A program made the position numbers and the translations under genes. From positions 1 to 33,766 of the forward strand of contig CAXSGP010000051.1 of assembly GCA_964236955.1 (NCBI GenBank): a stretch of 33,766 nucleotides of DNA. Direction: 5' to 3'. The stretch comes from an uncultured Oligoflexus sp. Lineage in GTDB: Bacteria > Bdellovibrionota_B > Oligoflexia > Oligoflexales > Oligoflexaceae. Shown piece by piece: positions 19,066 to 28,065 of this stretch. Numbering within the stretch: position 1 is the stretch's first letter; each line of letters begins with the position of its first letter. The notes beneath the pieces are model-generated. The model saw only the letters and a program-made list of their open reading frames with translations, was not told the origin of the DNA and made no database searches.

Positions 19066-19854
19066 ATGGAAACCAGCCGAACGAACCTTCTTCGCTCCTT
19101 TGTCTTTTCTCACAGTATCAACACCACCGAAGTCGCTGCCGCTTATCAAGCCGATCAATCCTCGATCGACCCGCGGGCCACCCTGATCAATAAGATTGGT
19201 GAAGATGGTTATGTCTTTATTTTCAACCATGGCTCGGTGGTCTTTTGGAATGTGTCCGAGGAGGAACAAAGCCAGCAACTCAAAAAATTGCTTGATCTCT
19301 CCAGCATCCCTGGCCTGAAACCCCGATTTAGTGAGACCTTTGCCGTGCTTGAGCGTCCGGGTCCGGCGATTGTCGAGTTTAATCGCCTCCTTATCGACCG
19401 TCTTAGCAATGACAGGATGGAGGTCATAGCTTCAACATTGGCCCAAAGCACGTCTATGGAATACTATGAGTCGCTGGTCGAGGAATCGTGGTCACAGGTC
19501 GATACCCTTTTAAAGCGTCTTCGCGAAACGGGCAACCTCGGAGTCATGCCTGCCCCCATCAATCGCCAGATCGCCGCTTCGCTCTCCCTGCGAAGTTCGG
19601 TTATTCGTGTCCTTCACCTTCTGGATAAACCCGACCTCATCTGGGAGGATAAGGTAATGGATGACATCTACGGCGATTTACGAGCCATGTTTGACCTTCC
19701 TGAGCGCTTCCAGGCACTGGAATACAAACTTCATCTCATTCAGCAAACCCTTGAGGTCATCGTCGACACGGTTCGCGATCGGCGCCTCTATTGGCTCGAA
19801 GTCGCGATCGTCCTGCTCATCCTCGCTGAAATCATCATGTCGTTTTTTAGATAA
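19066..19854 (+). CDS. RMD1/DUF155 (YagE-like) family protein
   Basis: FIFNHGSVVFWN, LAQSTSMEYYE, LLDKPDLIWE and FDLPERF motifs; C-terminal TM segment LEVAIVLLILAEI. Confidence 0.85.
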   Translation: METSRTNLLRSFVFSHSINTTEVAAAYQADQSSIDPRATLINKIGEDGYVFIFNHGSVVFWNVSEEEQSQQLKKLLDLSSIPGLKPRFSETFAVLERPGPAIVEFNRLLIDRLSNDRMEVIASTLAQSTSMEYYESLVEESWSQVDTLLKRLRETGNLGVMPAPINRQIAASLSLRSSVIRVLHLLDKPDLIWEDKVMDDIYGDLRAMFDLPERFQALEYKLHLIQQTLEVIVDTVRDRRLYWLEVAIVLLILAEIIMSFFR

Positions 19855-19918
19855 GAATGAAATTCAGAACCTGTCCGCGGGAAGGGTTCGGTGGCCACCG
19901 ACTCAGGTAAAGTTGCCG

Positions 19919-19957
19919 AAAAAAAGAAGACGCCGGTAAATACCAGCGCCTTCTTCT
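19919..19957 (-). terminator. Rho-independent terminator for the EF-hand transcript
   Basis: Minus strand AAGAAGGCGCTGGTA-TT-TACCGGCGTCTTC followed by a run of T; the G-U pairs are compatible with the minus strand. Confidence 0.75.
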
Positions 19958-20096
19958 GTCAGGCAGCTGAATGTTTAAGTCCACAGTCACGGCTGGGGTC
20001 AAGTCCTGTCAGGGGAAGCACCCAAAATTTCTATGCTTTAAGAAATCCCCAGGCCTATCATCCCCAAGAACCTGAGGAGTTCCAGCTGGCTATCCG

Positions 20097-20360
20097 TTAC
20101 TTAGTTTTTTGGTGGTCCTGGCTTTTTTTGCCTTGATCGGGAGCAGCCGTGTGGGCCTTGAACTCATCGGCGCTTAATGAGCCGTTGGCGTCCTTGTCGA
20201 GAGTCGCGAATTGAGCCGAAAGTTCGGCATCGCCTGCCGCTTCCGCGGTCGTAATGTTGCCATCGGAGTCTTTGTCAAGAGTTTTGAAAGTGCTTTCAGC
20301 TTTAGTGCCAGCAAAAGAAACGCCAGAAACGAGTAAGGTAACAAGCATAAACGTTTTCAT
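20097..20360 (-). CDS. Secreted small EF-hand (Ca2+-binding) protein
   Basis: Signal peptide ending SFA, two canonical loops DKDSDGNITTAE and DKDANGSLSADE, GGAGG RBS. Confidence 0.88.
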   Translation of the reverse strand: MKTFMLVTLLVSGVSFAGTKAESTFKTLDKDSDGNITTAEAAGDAELSAQFATLDKDANGSLSADEFKAHTAAPDQGKKSQDHQKTK

Positions 20361-20380
20361 AAAACCTCCGAAAATAAACC

Positions 20381-20405
20381 CCTCACGCAGCCCCGCTGCG
20401 TGAGG
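20381..20405. other. Perfect 11-bp stem-loop just upstream of the EF-hand RBS
   Basis: CCTCACGCAGC-CCC-GCTGCGTGAGG; on the minus strand it is followed by GGTTTATTTT and then GGAGG. Confidence 0.7.
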
Positions 20406-20477
20406 AAAAGAGCGTAGTTACCACAGCAGAAAAATGAATAGTAACTTTCTTTCCGCAATCAAGAATTTTCCCGCGGC

Positions 20478-21836
20478 CTACTCGGCAATCTGCTTTTGTG
20501 ACTTGAACATCCCGGCGTTCAATTTATGTCTGGCCATCAGTTTATAGAAATCGGTGCGATTGCGTTTCGCCGTGCGTGCCGCCTTGCTTACGTTGCCATG
20601 GGTCATCTTCAGGGCCTCGACCAGATAATCCTTTTCAAACTGATTTTTAGCCTCGGCCAGCGAGGGGATTTCACTCTCGACTTGACCAATACTCCATCTG
20701 GCATGAGAGGCCGAGATGATAGGACTTGGCGAAAGAATGATCATCTTCTCGACGGCATTGTAAAGCTGACGAATGTTTCCCGGCCAGTCGGCAGCCGTCA
20801 GTTCTTCAAGTGCTCCGCCCGCGAAGGCCCGAACCGTTGGTTTTTGCCGTGAGGCAATACGCATCAAAAAGAGTTCGGCAAGCAATGAGATATCCTCGCG
20901 ACGTTCGCGGAGTGAAGGCAGTCGAAAGTTAATGACGTTCAGGCGATAATAGAGATCTTCGCGAAAAAGCTTTTGCGCAATGGCTTCCGGCATATCGTGA
21001 TGAGTGGCAGAGATGATACGGGCGTCGATGGGGATCGAAACCGTACTGCCGACGGGCCTTACCTTTTTTTCTTCGAGAACTCTAAGGAGCTTGACCTGCA
21101 AAGCGAGCGGCATGTCGCCTATCTCATCGAGGAAAAGAGTCCCGCCTTCAGCCGCCTGAAAGAGTCCCAGATGATCTTTGCTGGCGCCTGTAAAGGATCC
21201 CCGGACATGACCAAAGAGCTCAGACTCCAAGAGCTCTGCCGGAATTGCGCCGCAATTAATGGGCACGAAGGGCCCCGCATGGCGATTGCTGGCTTTATGA
21301 ATAGCCCGTGCAAAGAGTTCCTTTCCCGTTCCACTTTCGCCCGTGACGAGCACACTCGCGTCGGAAGGGGCGACGACCCGCAATTGTTCGAGAAGGTCGA
21401 TCATCTTGGGATTGCGCGTGACCATCGCAAAATCATCGCTCTCATCAAAGGGCTCCAGGAGGCGACCTTTTTGCTCGAGAGCCTGATGGATGATGGCAAG
21501 CAGCTGCTGCTTATCGATAGGTTTCGGCAGAAAGGAAAAGACCCCCTGCTGAGTCGCCGCAACGGCATCGGAGATGCTGCCATGGGCGGTGATGAGGATC
21601 ACCGGTAGAAAAGGCAGCAAGCGATTGACACGTCCATAGAGTTCCAGACCATCCATGGTATCCATGCGCAGATCACTGATCAACACATCGGGTTTAAACA
21701 CTTCAATCTTGGCCAGGCACTCCTGACCGCTATTGACCGCGACCACCTGAAAGCCTTCCGCCGTCAGTCGCATGGAAAGGAGGGTAAGGAAACCCTGGTC
21801 GTCATCAACCAGGAGAATTTTTGCTGATTCTTGCAT
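20478..21836 (-). CDS. glrR: GlrR/QseF-like sigma54-dependent response regulator
   Basis: Receiver ILLVDDD...LLSMRL...SDLRMDTMDG; AAA+ GESGTGKE, GSFTGA and FLDEIGDM; C-terminus NVSKAARTAKRNRTDFYKLMARH closely matches the GlrR HTH. Confidence 0.85.
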   Translation of the reverse strand: MQESAKILLVDDDQGFLTLLSMRLTAEGFQVVAVNSGQECLAKIEVFKPDVLISDLRMDTMDGLELYGRVNRLLPFLPVILITAHGSISDAVAATQQGVFSFLPKPIDKQQLLAIIHQALEQKGRLLEPFDESDDFAMVTRNPKMIDLLEQLRVVAPSDASVLVTGESGTGKELFARAIHKASNRHAGPFVPINCGAIPAELLESELFGHVRGSFTGASKDHLGLFQAAEGGTLFLDEIGDMPLALQVKLLRVLEEKKVRPVGSTVSIPIDARIISATHHDMPEAIAQKLFREDLYYRLNVINFRLPSLRERREDISLLAELFLMRIASRQKPTVRAFAGGALEELTAADWPGNIRQLYNAVEKMIILSPSPIISASHARWSIGQVESEIPSLAEAKNQFEKDYLVEALKMTHGNVSKAARTAKRNRTDFYKLMARHKLNAGMFKSQKQIAE

Positions 21837-21926
21837 GTGGTTCTCTCTCTCGGTCGACTTGAGTGCCCGCAGATATCCCCAGATACCATGTTAGACAAGG
21901 AAAAAAAATTCATTATGAATCCAACA

Positions 21927-21943
21927 TACAAGCTCCATGCCAA
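21927..21943 (-). promoter_or_regulatory. Sigma54-like -24/-12 promoter upstream of glrR
   Basis: TTGGCATGGAGCTTGTA versus YTGGCACGNNNNTTGCW; the -12 GC is GT here. Confidence 0.45.
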
Positions 21944-21962
21944 GCCTTAATAAACGACATAA

Positions 21963-22466
21963 TTAAAGCCCATGAGCCCTCATATCGCGTTGGCTGATGT
22001 CCTTTTCTATTTCTGATAAACCTTTGATCTTGCGCTCTAATTCCTGCTTTTGTCGTCTCTCGGCCAGCAGGTCATGATCCAGCTGCACCAGGTCATTTAA
22101 AACATCACTATAGAGACGAATACTCATTCGGCAGCCTTCATCGATGAATTTTTTGTTGCTTAATGGCGACAGAATTTCAAAAGCCCGGGCATAGTTGTGG
22201 TTTTTGGCCTGATAGATTCCAGCGGCCAGCGGTCCCTTATATTCTTCAGGGCCACCCTTATCAGAAGGATTTTTTTGCAGACGATCGTTGTCAATTTTGA
22301 GTTCTTTAAGGCTCTTCGCGCTTATTTCAGCAAGATAAGTCAGGCAGGAGGAAAGCATCGGTCCCTTGGAAAGTGGCTCGGCCAACAAAAGGGCAGGCTG
22401 CACACTTGGATCATGATGACACGCTATGGTAATCATGCTTAGCATCGTAATAAAAGTGATTCTCAT
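21963..22466 (-). CDS. qseG: QseG/YfhG-like accessory lipoprotein
   Basis: Lipobox TIAC; C-terminal coiled coil ERKIKGLSEIEKDISQR resembles the QseG tail; lies between glrK and glrR; AGGAG RBS. Confidence 0.65.
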   Translation of the reverse strand: MRITFITMLSMITIACHHDPSVQPALLLAEPLSKGPMLSSCLTYLAEISAKSLKELKIDNDRLQKNPSDKGGPEEYKGPLAAGIYQAKNHNYARAFEILSPLSNKKFIDEGCRMSIRLYSDVLNDLVQLDHDLLAERRQKQELERKIKGLSEIEKDISQRDMRAHGL

Positions 22467-22478
22467 CAGCTTATCTCC

Positions 22479-22496
22479 TGTCGCTCTCTGAAGACA
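22479..22496. promoter_or_regulatory. GlrR/QseF-type activator binding site 1
   Basis: TGTC-GCTCTCTGAA-GACA fits TGTC-N10-GACA and abuts the qseG RBS. Confidence 0.55.
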
Positions 22497-22538
22497 GAAA
22501 GCAACAACAATTGGGCTTTAATGCCACTTAACCTTAGC

Positions 22539-24008
22539 TTAGCTCTGTCTCCCAAAAGAGACAGACGAGTTTTCTGCTTTCTCTATTTGGGAGCGCCGGG
22601 ATTCCTGCGGCAAATAAATTTCAAACCAGGCTCCGCTCTTGGTTTCGACTATGCTTAATAAGCCCTTGTGCGATTCAATGCATTCGCGTGCCACCGACAA
22701 TCCAAGTCCTGTGCCTTTAATTGGCCCGGTCCGCAACGCTTTTCCCTGAAAGAAAGGTAAAAATACTTTGCTGCGTTCCTCAAGCGGGATACCCGGCCCT
22801 TCATCACCCACGAGCAGAGTGAAACCTCGATCCAAGCTCTGCCACTGTATTGTGATCTTGCCTTCTTCCGGCGAAAAATGGACGGCGTTGGAAATCAAAT
22901 TGTCAAGAGCTGCGGCCAACACGGATCGGTCGACGTCGATTTCGACAGCGTGACCGAGGGTCTCGAAAGAAAGCTGTTTGCGCTGAGCCGTCAAAAGATA
23001 GGGGCGAATGACCGAATCGATTAATTCCTTGAGGGCAACGGATTCGCGCTTGAGACTGCGATTGCTTTTCATCAGATTGAAATCGAGCAGGTTATTAATC
23101 AGGCTTTGAAAATGCTGAAGGCCAGTCTGTAAAATATTCAAAACGTTGCGTTGAGAATCATTTAACGGACCAGGAATTTCGTCGGCGAGCAGTTCGATTC
23201 CTTCTTTGATGGTCGCCAGGGGAGTTTTTAACTCGTGCGAGATATGACGCAGGAACCGTTCCTGCGACTCCTCGGAACTGTGCAGCCGCGTGCGGAGCCA
23301 GACCAGCCTAGTGGCAATCAATTGCAAATCACGCGGACCTTTTATCTTGCCGCCTTCGCGGTAGATTCCCGTGCCTATCTCCCGAATGGTCTTATCGATG
23401 CCACGGATCGGTCTGGTAATTAAAATGGAGAACAGGCCTACAAGCAACAGCGTACTGGGGATCAAGGTAAAACAAAGGATTATCAGGGTTCGTTCCGTCG
23501 ACAGGGCCCGTGATTTCGCAGCTTCCACATGGGCTCGGAGTTCCCGATCAATCTCTTGGCGAAGATGACCAAGACCGTTATTTAAGGCGTCGATGAGCGC
23601 AAGGGTTGAGGCATCGGTGGGCGGCAGGTCTTTAGCAAGATTAAGGCGCTCGCTCAGCTCCCCTTTTAATGTCTGCATGGTTCCTACGGCCGCTGCGGTC
23701 GGGTTTGATCGACCTAAAAAGGGCTTAAAATCCTGATCCATGTCCGCCAAATGTCGATTGAGCAGCTGCAGATGGGAATCGTCGCCAAGCAATAGATACT
23801 GGCGGGCGAGACGTTCGGTATCAATGAGATCGCTGGCAAGCTTTTGGAGGTATTCTGCGCTTTCGCTGACGCTCACAATATGATCGCGATGTTCTTCGCT
23901 CATGCGGCTCATCATTTTGCCGCCATAGACAAGCGCCGCAAGGACGGGCAGCAATACGACAAGAAATCCCACGAGAACCAATTGTAAAATAGATCGAGCT
24001 TGCAACAT
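22539..24008 (-). CDS. glrK: GlrK/QseE-like sensor histidine kinase
   Basis: N-terminus RSILQLVLVGF, HAMP GPRDL...LVWLRTRL, H-box FLRHISHELKTPL, then NLISNA, DEGPGI and GTGLGL. Confidence 0.85.
   Translation of the reverse strand: MLQARSILQLVLVGFLVVLLPVLAALVYGGKMMSRMSEEHRDHIVSVSESAEYLQKLASDLIDTERLARQYLLLGDDSHLQLLNRHLADMDQDFKPFLGRSNPTAAAVGTMQTLKGELSERLNLAKDLPPTDASTLALIDALNNGLGHLRQEIDRELRAHVEAAKSRALSTERTLIILCFTLIPSTLLLVGLFSILITRPIRGIDKTIREIGTGIYREGGKIKGPRDLQLIATRLVWLRTRLHSSEESQERFLRHISHELKTPLATIKEGIELLADEIPGPLNDSQRNVLNILQTGLQHFQSLINNLLDFNLMKSNRSLKRESVALKELIDSVIRPYLLTAQRKQLSFETLGHAVEIDVDRSVLAAALDNLISNAVHFSPEEGKITIQWQSLDRGFTLLVGDEGPGIPLEERSKVFLPFFQGKALRTGPIKGTGLGLSVARECIESHKGLLSIVETKSGAWFEIYLPQESRRSQIEKAENSSVSFGRQS
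22544..22565. promoter_or_regulatory. GlrR/QseF-type activator binding site 2, in the last codons of glrK
   Basis: TCTGTCTC-CCAAAA-GAGACAGA is a perfect 8-bp inverted repeat containing TGTC-N10-GACA. Confidence 0.55.
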
Positions 24009-24047
24009 GAGAGATTCTTACCCTGAAATCAATTCGGTCGAATCAAT

Positions 24048-25217
24048 CTAACTCTCACGGCGCCGGCGTTCTAGACTTAAAACGGAGATCAGTAAAACGA
24101 GAGCGACGAGAAGTCCCAGAATTGCCGCACAAGCTATGAAAAGTTCATTATTATCATAAGTTTCCAAGACCGACTGCGACCAGATCGGCGCCATAAACTG
24201 CCCGACATAATTTGCGGTCAGGAGGACTCCCAGTATCTTTCCTTTCTGGCCTGGGGGAGTAAGAGTGCCAATCAGGGCAGAAATACTGGGGATAACGAGA
24301 CCTACCCCCGCCCCAATACCAACCATGGATAAGACCAGGTCACGCCACCTATCGGCATGGCCCAGCCAATTAAAACTAAAACTTAAAGCGGAAAGGCCTA
24401 GACATAAAGTTAGCGCAGTCGACAGGCGCCGGCGCCACCCGGCAAGGATCAAAGAGGCCAAACAGCTTGAAGCTGTAAGGGTACTGATTAAAAAAGCGGT
24501 TCGCTTCGGACTAAAGTGCAGCGAGTGAAAAAATAAGGGCCCCTGAACCGGCAGGAGTGCAAAAAAACTCATGACCGCCCCTGACAGGAGCACGAGCAGG
24601 AGAAGAAGGCCCAGCATTCTTGGACTTCTGTCGCCAAAAGCTAGCTGCTTGATATCGGCTTTTTCCATACGCATCGCCGGCTCAAGAATGACAAGAAAAA
24701 CCAGAGGAAAGGCAACCGCGTAGAGAAGAAAGGGCAAACGCCACGATATTTCGGCGAGAAAGCCCCCACATACTTGAAAGATGATGCCCCAAAGCCCCAT
24801 CATACCAGCCTGAAGGCCCAGCATCCGGCGCAGCGAAAGCCCTTCATAATGTTCGGCAAGAGAGGTGCTGGTCGTCGTCATAATGCCCGCGACACCCAAG
24901 CCAAAGAAAAAGCGGGTTACAATTAAAGCATAAATATCGACGGCCCAATAGCCTTGAACGCCGAACAAGCCAAAAATTAAAAGGGAGACGATGAGAATAG
25001 GAAAGCGGCCCCACCTGTCGACCATCACGCCCAGTATTCCGGCCGAGGTGGCAATCGCCAAAGCCGGGGTCATGAGCACAAGTTTGGACAGGAGTTGAAT
25101 CTCTGGCTCGCCGGCAAATTCCAACTGGAGAGCAGGCAGGCCCGGCGATAGCAAAGCGGCCATCATCACAGGTAGCGAGGCGCAAAGTAAAGTGATGGCG
25201 AGGGACCGCTTGTGCAT
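24048..25217 (-). CDS. MFS transporter (about 12 TM segments)
   Basis: Motif A GVMVDRWGR, TRFFFGLG and SWRLPFLLY. Confidence 0.85.
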   Translation of the reverse strand: MHKRSLAITLLCASLPVMMAALLSPGLPALQLEFAGEPEIQLLSKLVLMTPALAIATSAGILGVMVDRWGRFPILIVSLLIFGLFGVQGYWAVDIYALIVTRFFFGLGVAGIMTTTSTSLAEHYEGLSLRRMLGLQAGMMGLWGIIFQVCGGFLAEISWRLPFLLYAVAFPLVFLVILEPAMRMEKADIKQLAFGDRSPRMLGLLLLLVLLSGAVMSFFALLPVQGPLFFHSLHFSPKRTAFLISTLTASSCLASLILAGWRRRLSTALTLCLGLSALSFSFNWLGHADRWRDLVLSMVGIGAGVGLVIPSISALIGTLTPPGQKGKILGVLLTANYVGQFMAPIWSQSVLETYDNNELFIACAAILGLLVALVLLISVLSLERRRRES

Positions 25218-25340
25218 GAAGACTCTCGTCCTTGTGTCCTGAATCAGATACTTGAGTTTAGCATGAATGAAATGCCCGGAGGCTCAAGAAATTCAGGACG
25301 GCAGCGGGCAAGGGCAAAATAATGGAACGGACGATAAAAG

Positions 25341-26615
25341 TCATTTGCTCGGTGAATTATCACCGAAGACCACGATATCTCCAGCCCGCACGGGCGTATC
25401 CAGGAGGTATTCCCGCACCCGAGCCGCCCGCCTGGTTTCCTGACTCGTCACAAAGCCAAGGATAGCTATTTCTTTCAAAGATTGGCCAACGACCCGGGAC
25501 GAATCGGGATCGATGATGGGGGTCGATCGGTAGACGGATGCCTTGGTCCGTTTTTCGCCCTCGGGAACATCGACAAAGATCCAACTGCCCCCAGTGACCT
25601 GAACGATCACGGATTCCATCGCCTCATTTTGAGGAAGAAAATGCCCGATTATTTCGCCGAAAGCGTCTTCAGTAATTCTTTTATCGCGAAAGCCGAGCCG
25701 ATAATGTTTGAGGGCTTCGGTGATATCCCCCATCTGCTCATAATAAACACCAAGATTGTGATGGGCTAACACATTTTTACTATCATTAGAAAGGACCTCT
25801 ATCCATTCCGCTGCAGCCGCAGGCCAATCACCGTCAACTGCAAAGGCTATCCCCGCATCGATCGAGCGGGCATTGGTGGAGGTGGTTCCCATGCTATAGA
25901 GATGGCGGACGACGGGTTCAGAGGAGGGACAGCTGTAAAAAGAGATGTCATGGAGCATGCTGGTCCGCATCCTATCCTCGAACTGAGCCTTGTTAAAAGC
26001 CGGATCCTTGGAGAAGAGGCTGAGCGCGCTAATATTTTTGCCCACGCGGTCATAGGCCATTTTCCCAAGTGACTTTCGATAAAAGCCCATGCGATAGACT
26101 TGCTGATAACGGCTGGTCTTGACAATCGGCGAGCGACGCCGTTTGATAACCGAGGGCGCGATTTCCATGCTATCAGCAAAGCCCATGGTGCCGATGCGGG
26201 GCACCCCATAGGATGGAAACCAATCGTAGGAGGATTGATCGAAGAGGAGAAAGGATTGGGCCTTTTCGCTCTCCTCGGAGGTTTCCACGTGCTCCATTCG
26301 AATGCGCAGCAGACCGCCGCTCCCCTTGCCATACTTTGTCAGATGGGCATCAAAGGCTTCGGCCACTGCAGTCTTGCCGATAACGAGCGGTTTTTCAACG
26401 ATTTTGATATCACTGTATAGCGGGCATTTGCGCAGATCGTCAATAATCTCATTACGAAGATTTTCATCAAATTCACCATCGAGAACGACCGCAAGCTTGC
26501 CGACATCGGCAAAATGAGGGATGAGGATCTGGTCAAATTCCACTGCGGTTTCGTTCGAGGCACAAGAGCTCAATAGGCCCATCAAGATAAGAAAACCAGG
26601 AATTTTTCTCTGCAT
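25341..26615 (-). CDS. TPR-containing lipoprotein
   Basis: ATG at 26615 (MQRKIPGFLILMGLLSSC, lipobox), TPR AHHNLGVYYEQMGDITEALKHY, C-terminal beta domain (PIIDPDSSRVVG...VRAGDIV). Confidence 0.72.
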   Translation of the reverse strand: MQRKIPGFLILMGLLSSCASNETAVEFDQILIPHFADVGKLAVVLDGEFDENLRNEIIDDLRKCPLYSDIKIVEKPLVIGKTAVAEAFDAHLTKYGKGSGGLLRIRMEHVETSEESEKAQSFLLFDQSSYDWFPSYGVPRIGTMGFADSMEIAPSVIKRRRSPIVKTSRYQQVYRMGFYRKSLGKMAYDRVGKNISALSLFSKDPAFNKAQFEDRMRTSMLHDISFYSCPSSEPVVRHLYSMGTTSTNARSIDAGIAFAVDGDWPAAAAEWIEVLSNDSKNVLAHHNLGVYYEQMGDITEALKHYRLGFRDKRITEDAFGEIIGHFLPQNEAMESVIVQVTGGSWIFVDVPEGEKRTKASVYRSTPIIDPDSSRVVGQSLKEIAILGFVTSQETRRAARVREYLLDTPVRAGDIVVFGDNSPSK

Positions 26616-26729
26616 GGCCCCGCTCCGTCCTGTATTAACCGGGTCGTCTGCAAGCAAAGGACCGTTAGCTCCAGTTTAGCAGACTCCTGCCCTCAAAACG
26701 CGATAAATTTAATGGGATAAGCCATGCGA

Positions 26730-27788
26730 TCAAACGGAAAGGGGTTCGTCCAAAGGTCTGATGCCACGTACCAGAGCCATGGGGAGGCGGGTCTTGCTCC
26801 CGTAATGCTTCGGCCCTCCCTTCCGCTCCCACTCCTGCTGAAGAGCGACTCGTTCCCCCTTGGGTTTCTGCATTATCGTTTGGCAGGTCTTTGAACAGCA
26901 GGCATCGAATTCACTTCGGCAGCTGGGACATTGCAAAAAGAGGCGATTGCAACCTTCGAATCGACAATTGCTATGCTGATCCCAGGGTGCTTCGCATTGA
27001 TGGCAGCTCGCCAGCACATCGTCTGTGATCGCCTCACTCAAACGTTTATCAAAAACGAAATTTTTGCCCTTATAGAGGGTTGGCAGTCCCTCTTCCTGCA
27101 CCTGACGGGCATAATCAATAATGCCGCCGTGCAGTTGATTGACGTCTTTGAAGCCATGGAACTTAAACCAGGCGCTGGCTTTTTCACAGCGGATGCCGCC
27201 CGTGCAGTAGAGAAGGAGTTTTTTGTCCTCCTGGCCTCTTAAATTGTCGAGCATTTCGGGCAAGGCTTCTCGAAAGGTGTTGGCCACAGGCAAGAGGGCC
27301 TTATCAAAACGTCCGACTTCACACTCATAGTGATTGCGCAGATCAACGACGACAGCATCTTCTCCACACAGCGCTTCATTGAATTCACGGGCGGTCAGAT
27401 GCTGCCCCACCTGGGTGACATCGAAGCTCGCATCCGTCAGGCCGTCAGCGACCAGCTTTTGCCTTATCTTGATTTTGAGTTTGGTGAAGGCTTCCTTGTT
27501 TTCTTCGACAGCAATCTTAAAAGGAATCTCTGGAAAAACTTGCCAGACAGCTGCTTGAAAGACCTGAAGATTCACGGTTGGAACGCTGACTTGGGCATTG
27601 ATGCCTTCTTCAGCAATATAGGTCCGACCCAAAACGCCAAACGCTGACCATTCAGCGCGCAGGGTCTCCATCAGCAGATTTAAATCTTTAAGATGAACAT
27701 AGCGATAAAAAGAAAGAGTCGTGACCGGTCGACTGGGGGCTTGATCGCCCCGTGGCGATGCCAGGGATTCGAATTGAAATTGCGTCAT
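26730..27788 (-). CDS. trhO: Rhodanese-related tRNA uridine(34) hydroxylase TrhO (YceA)
   Basis: TLSFYRY, GRTYIAEEGINAQ, DLRNHYECEVGRF, YCTGGIRCEKASA, LHGGIIDY and GKNFVFDKRL motifs with a Cys-rich tail; start uncertain. Confidence 0.9.
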   Translation of the reverse strand: MTQFQFESLASPRGDQAPSRPVTTLSFYRYVHLKDLNLLMETLRAEWSAFGVLGRTYIAEEGINAQVSVPTVNLQVFQAAVWQVFPEIPFKIAVEENKEAFTKLKIKIRQKLVADGLTDASFDVTQVGQHLTAREFNEALCGEDAVVVDLRNHYECEVGRFDKALLPVANTFREALPEMLDNLRGQEDKKLLLYCTGGIRCEKASAWFKFHGFKDVNQLHGGIIDYARQVQEEGLPTLYKGKNFVFDKRLSEAITDDVLASCHQCEAPWDQHSNCRFEGCNRLFLQCPSCRSEFDACCSKTCQTIMQKPKGERVALQQEWERKGGPKHYGSKTRLPMALVRGIRPLDEPLSV

Positions 27789-28024
27789 TTGGATGTTACC
27801 TATCGAGGGGTCTGTTCCGCTAAACGGGGCGTCCACCCGTCACCTAAACCCACGGGGAAGTCGGTTCCGCAGCGGATAATAGCGATATTGCCAGGCTTTG
27901 CAAGGATGTTTGCAGACTTGACAATGCTGTCCAAGCTTTAGCCAGCGACAGCTGGACCCCTCAGTCAAAATGAATTATAATCAATATATAAAGCCTCTTA
28001 GCTGCAGAGCGTGCCACCCTTTGT

Positions 28025-28041
28025 CAGGCACTTTTATTGCA
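28025..28041 (+). promoter_or_regulatory. Sigma54 -24/-12 promoter of the protease operon
   Basis: CAGGCACTTTTATTGCA (GG-N10-GC), followed by the AGGAG RBS; IHF-like AATCAATATATAA at 27979-27991. Confidence 0.65.
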
Positions 28042-28065
28042 TAATTCAGCGCATAGGAGATCTCT

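Noticed and set aside
22520..22527. Sigma54 -24 element (GTGGCAT, minus strand) between the two GlrR boxes
   Set aside because: No -12 TGC occurs at the required distance.
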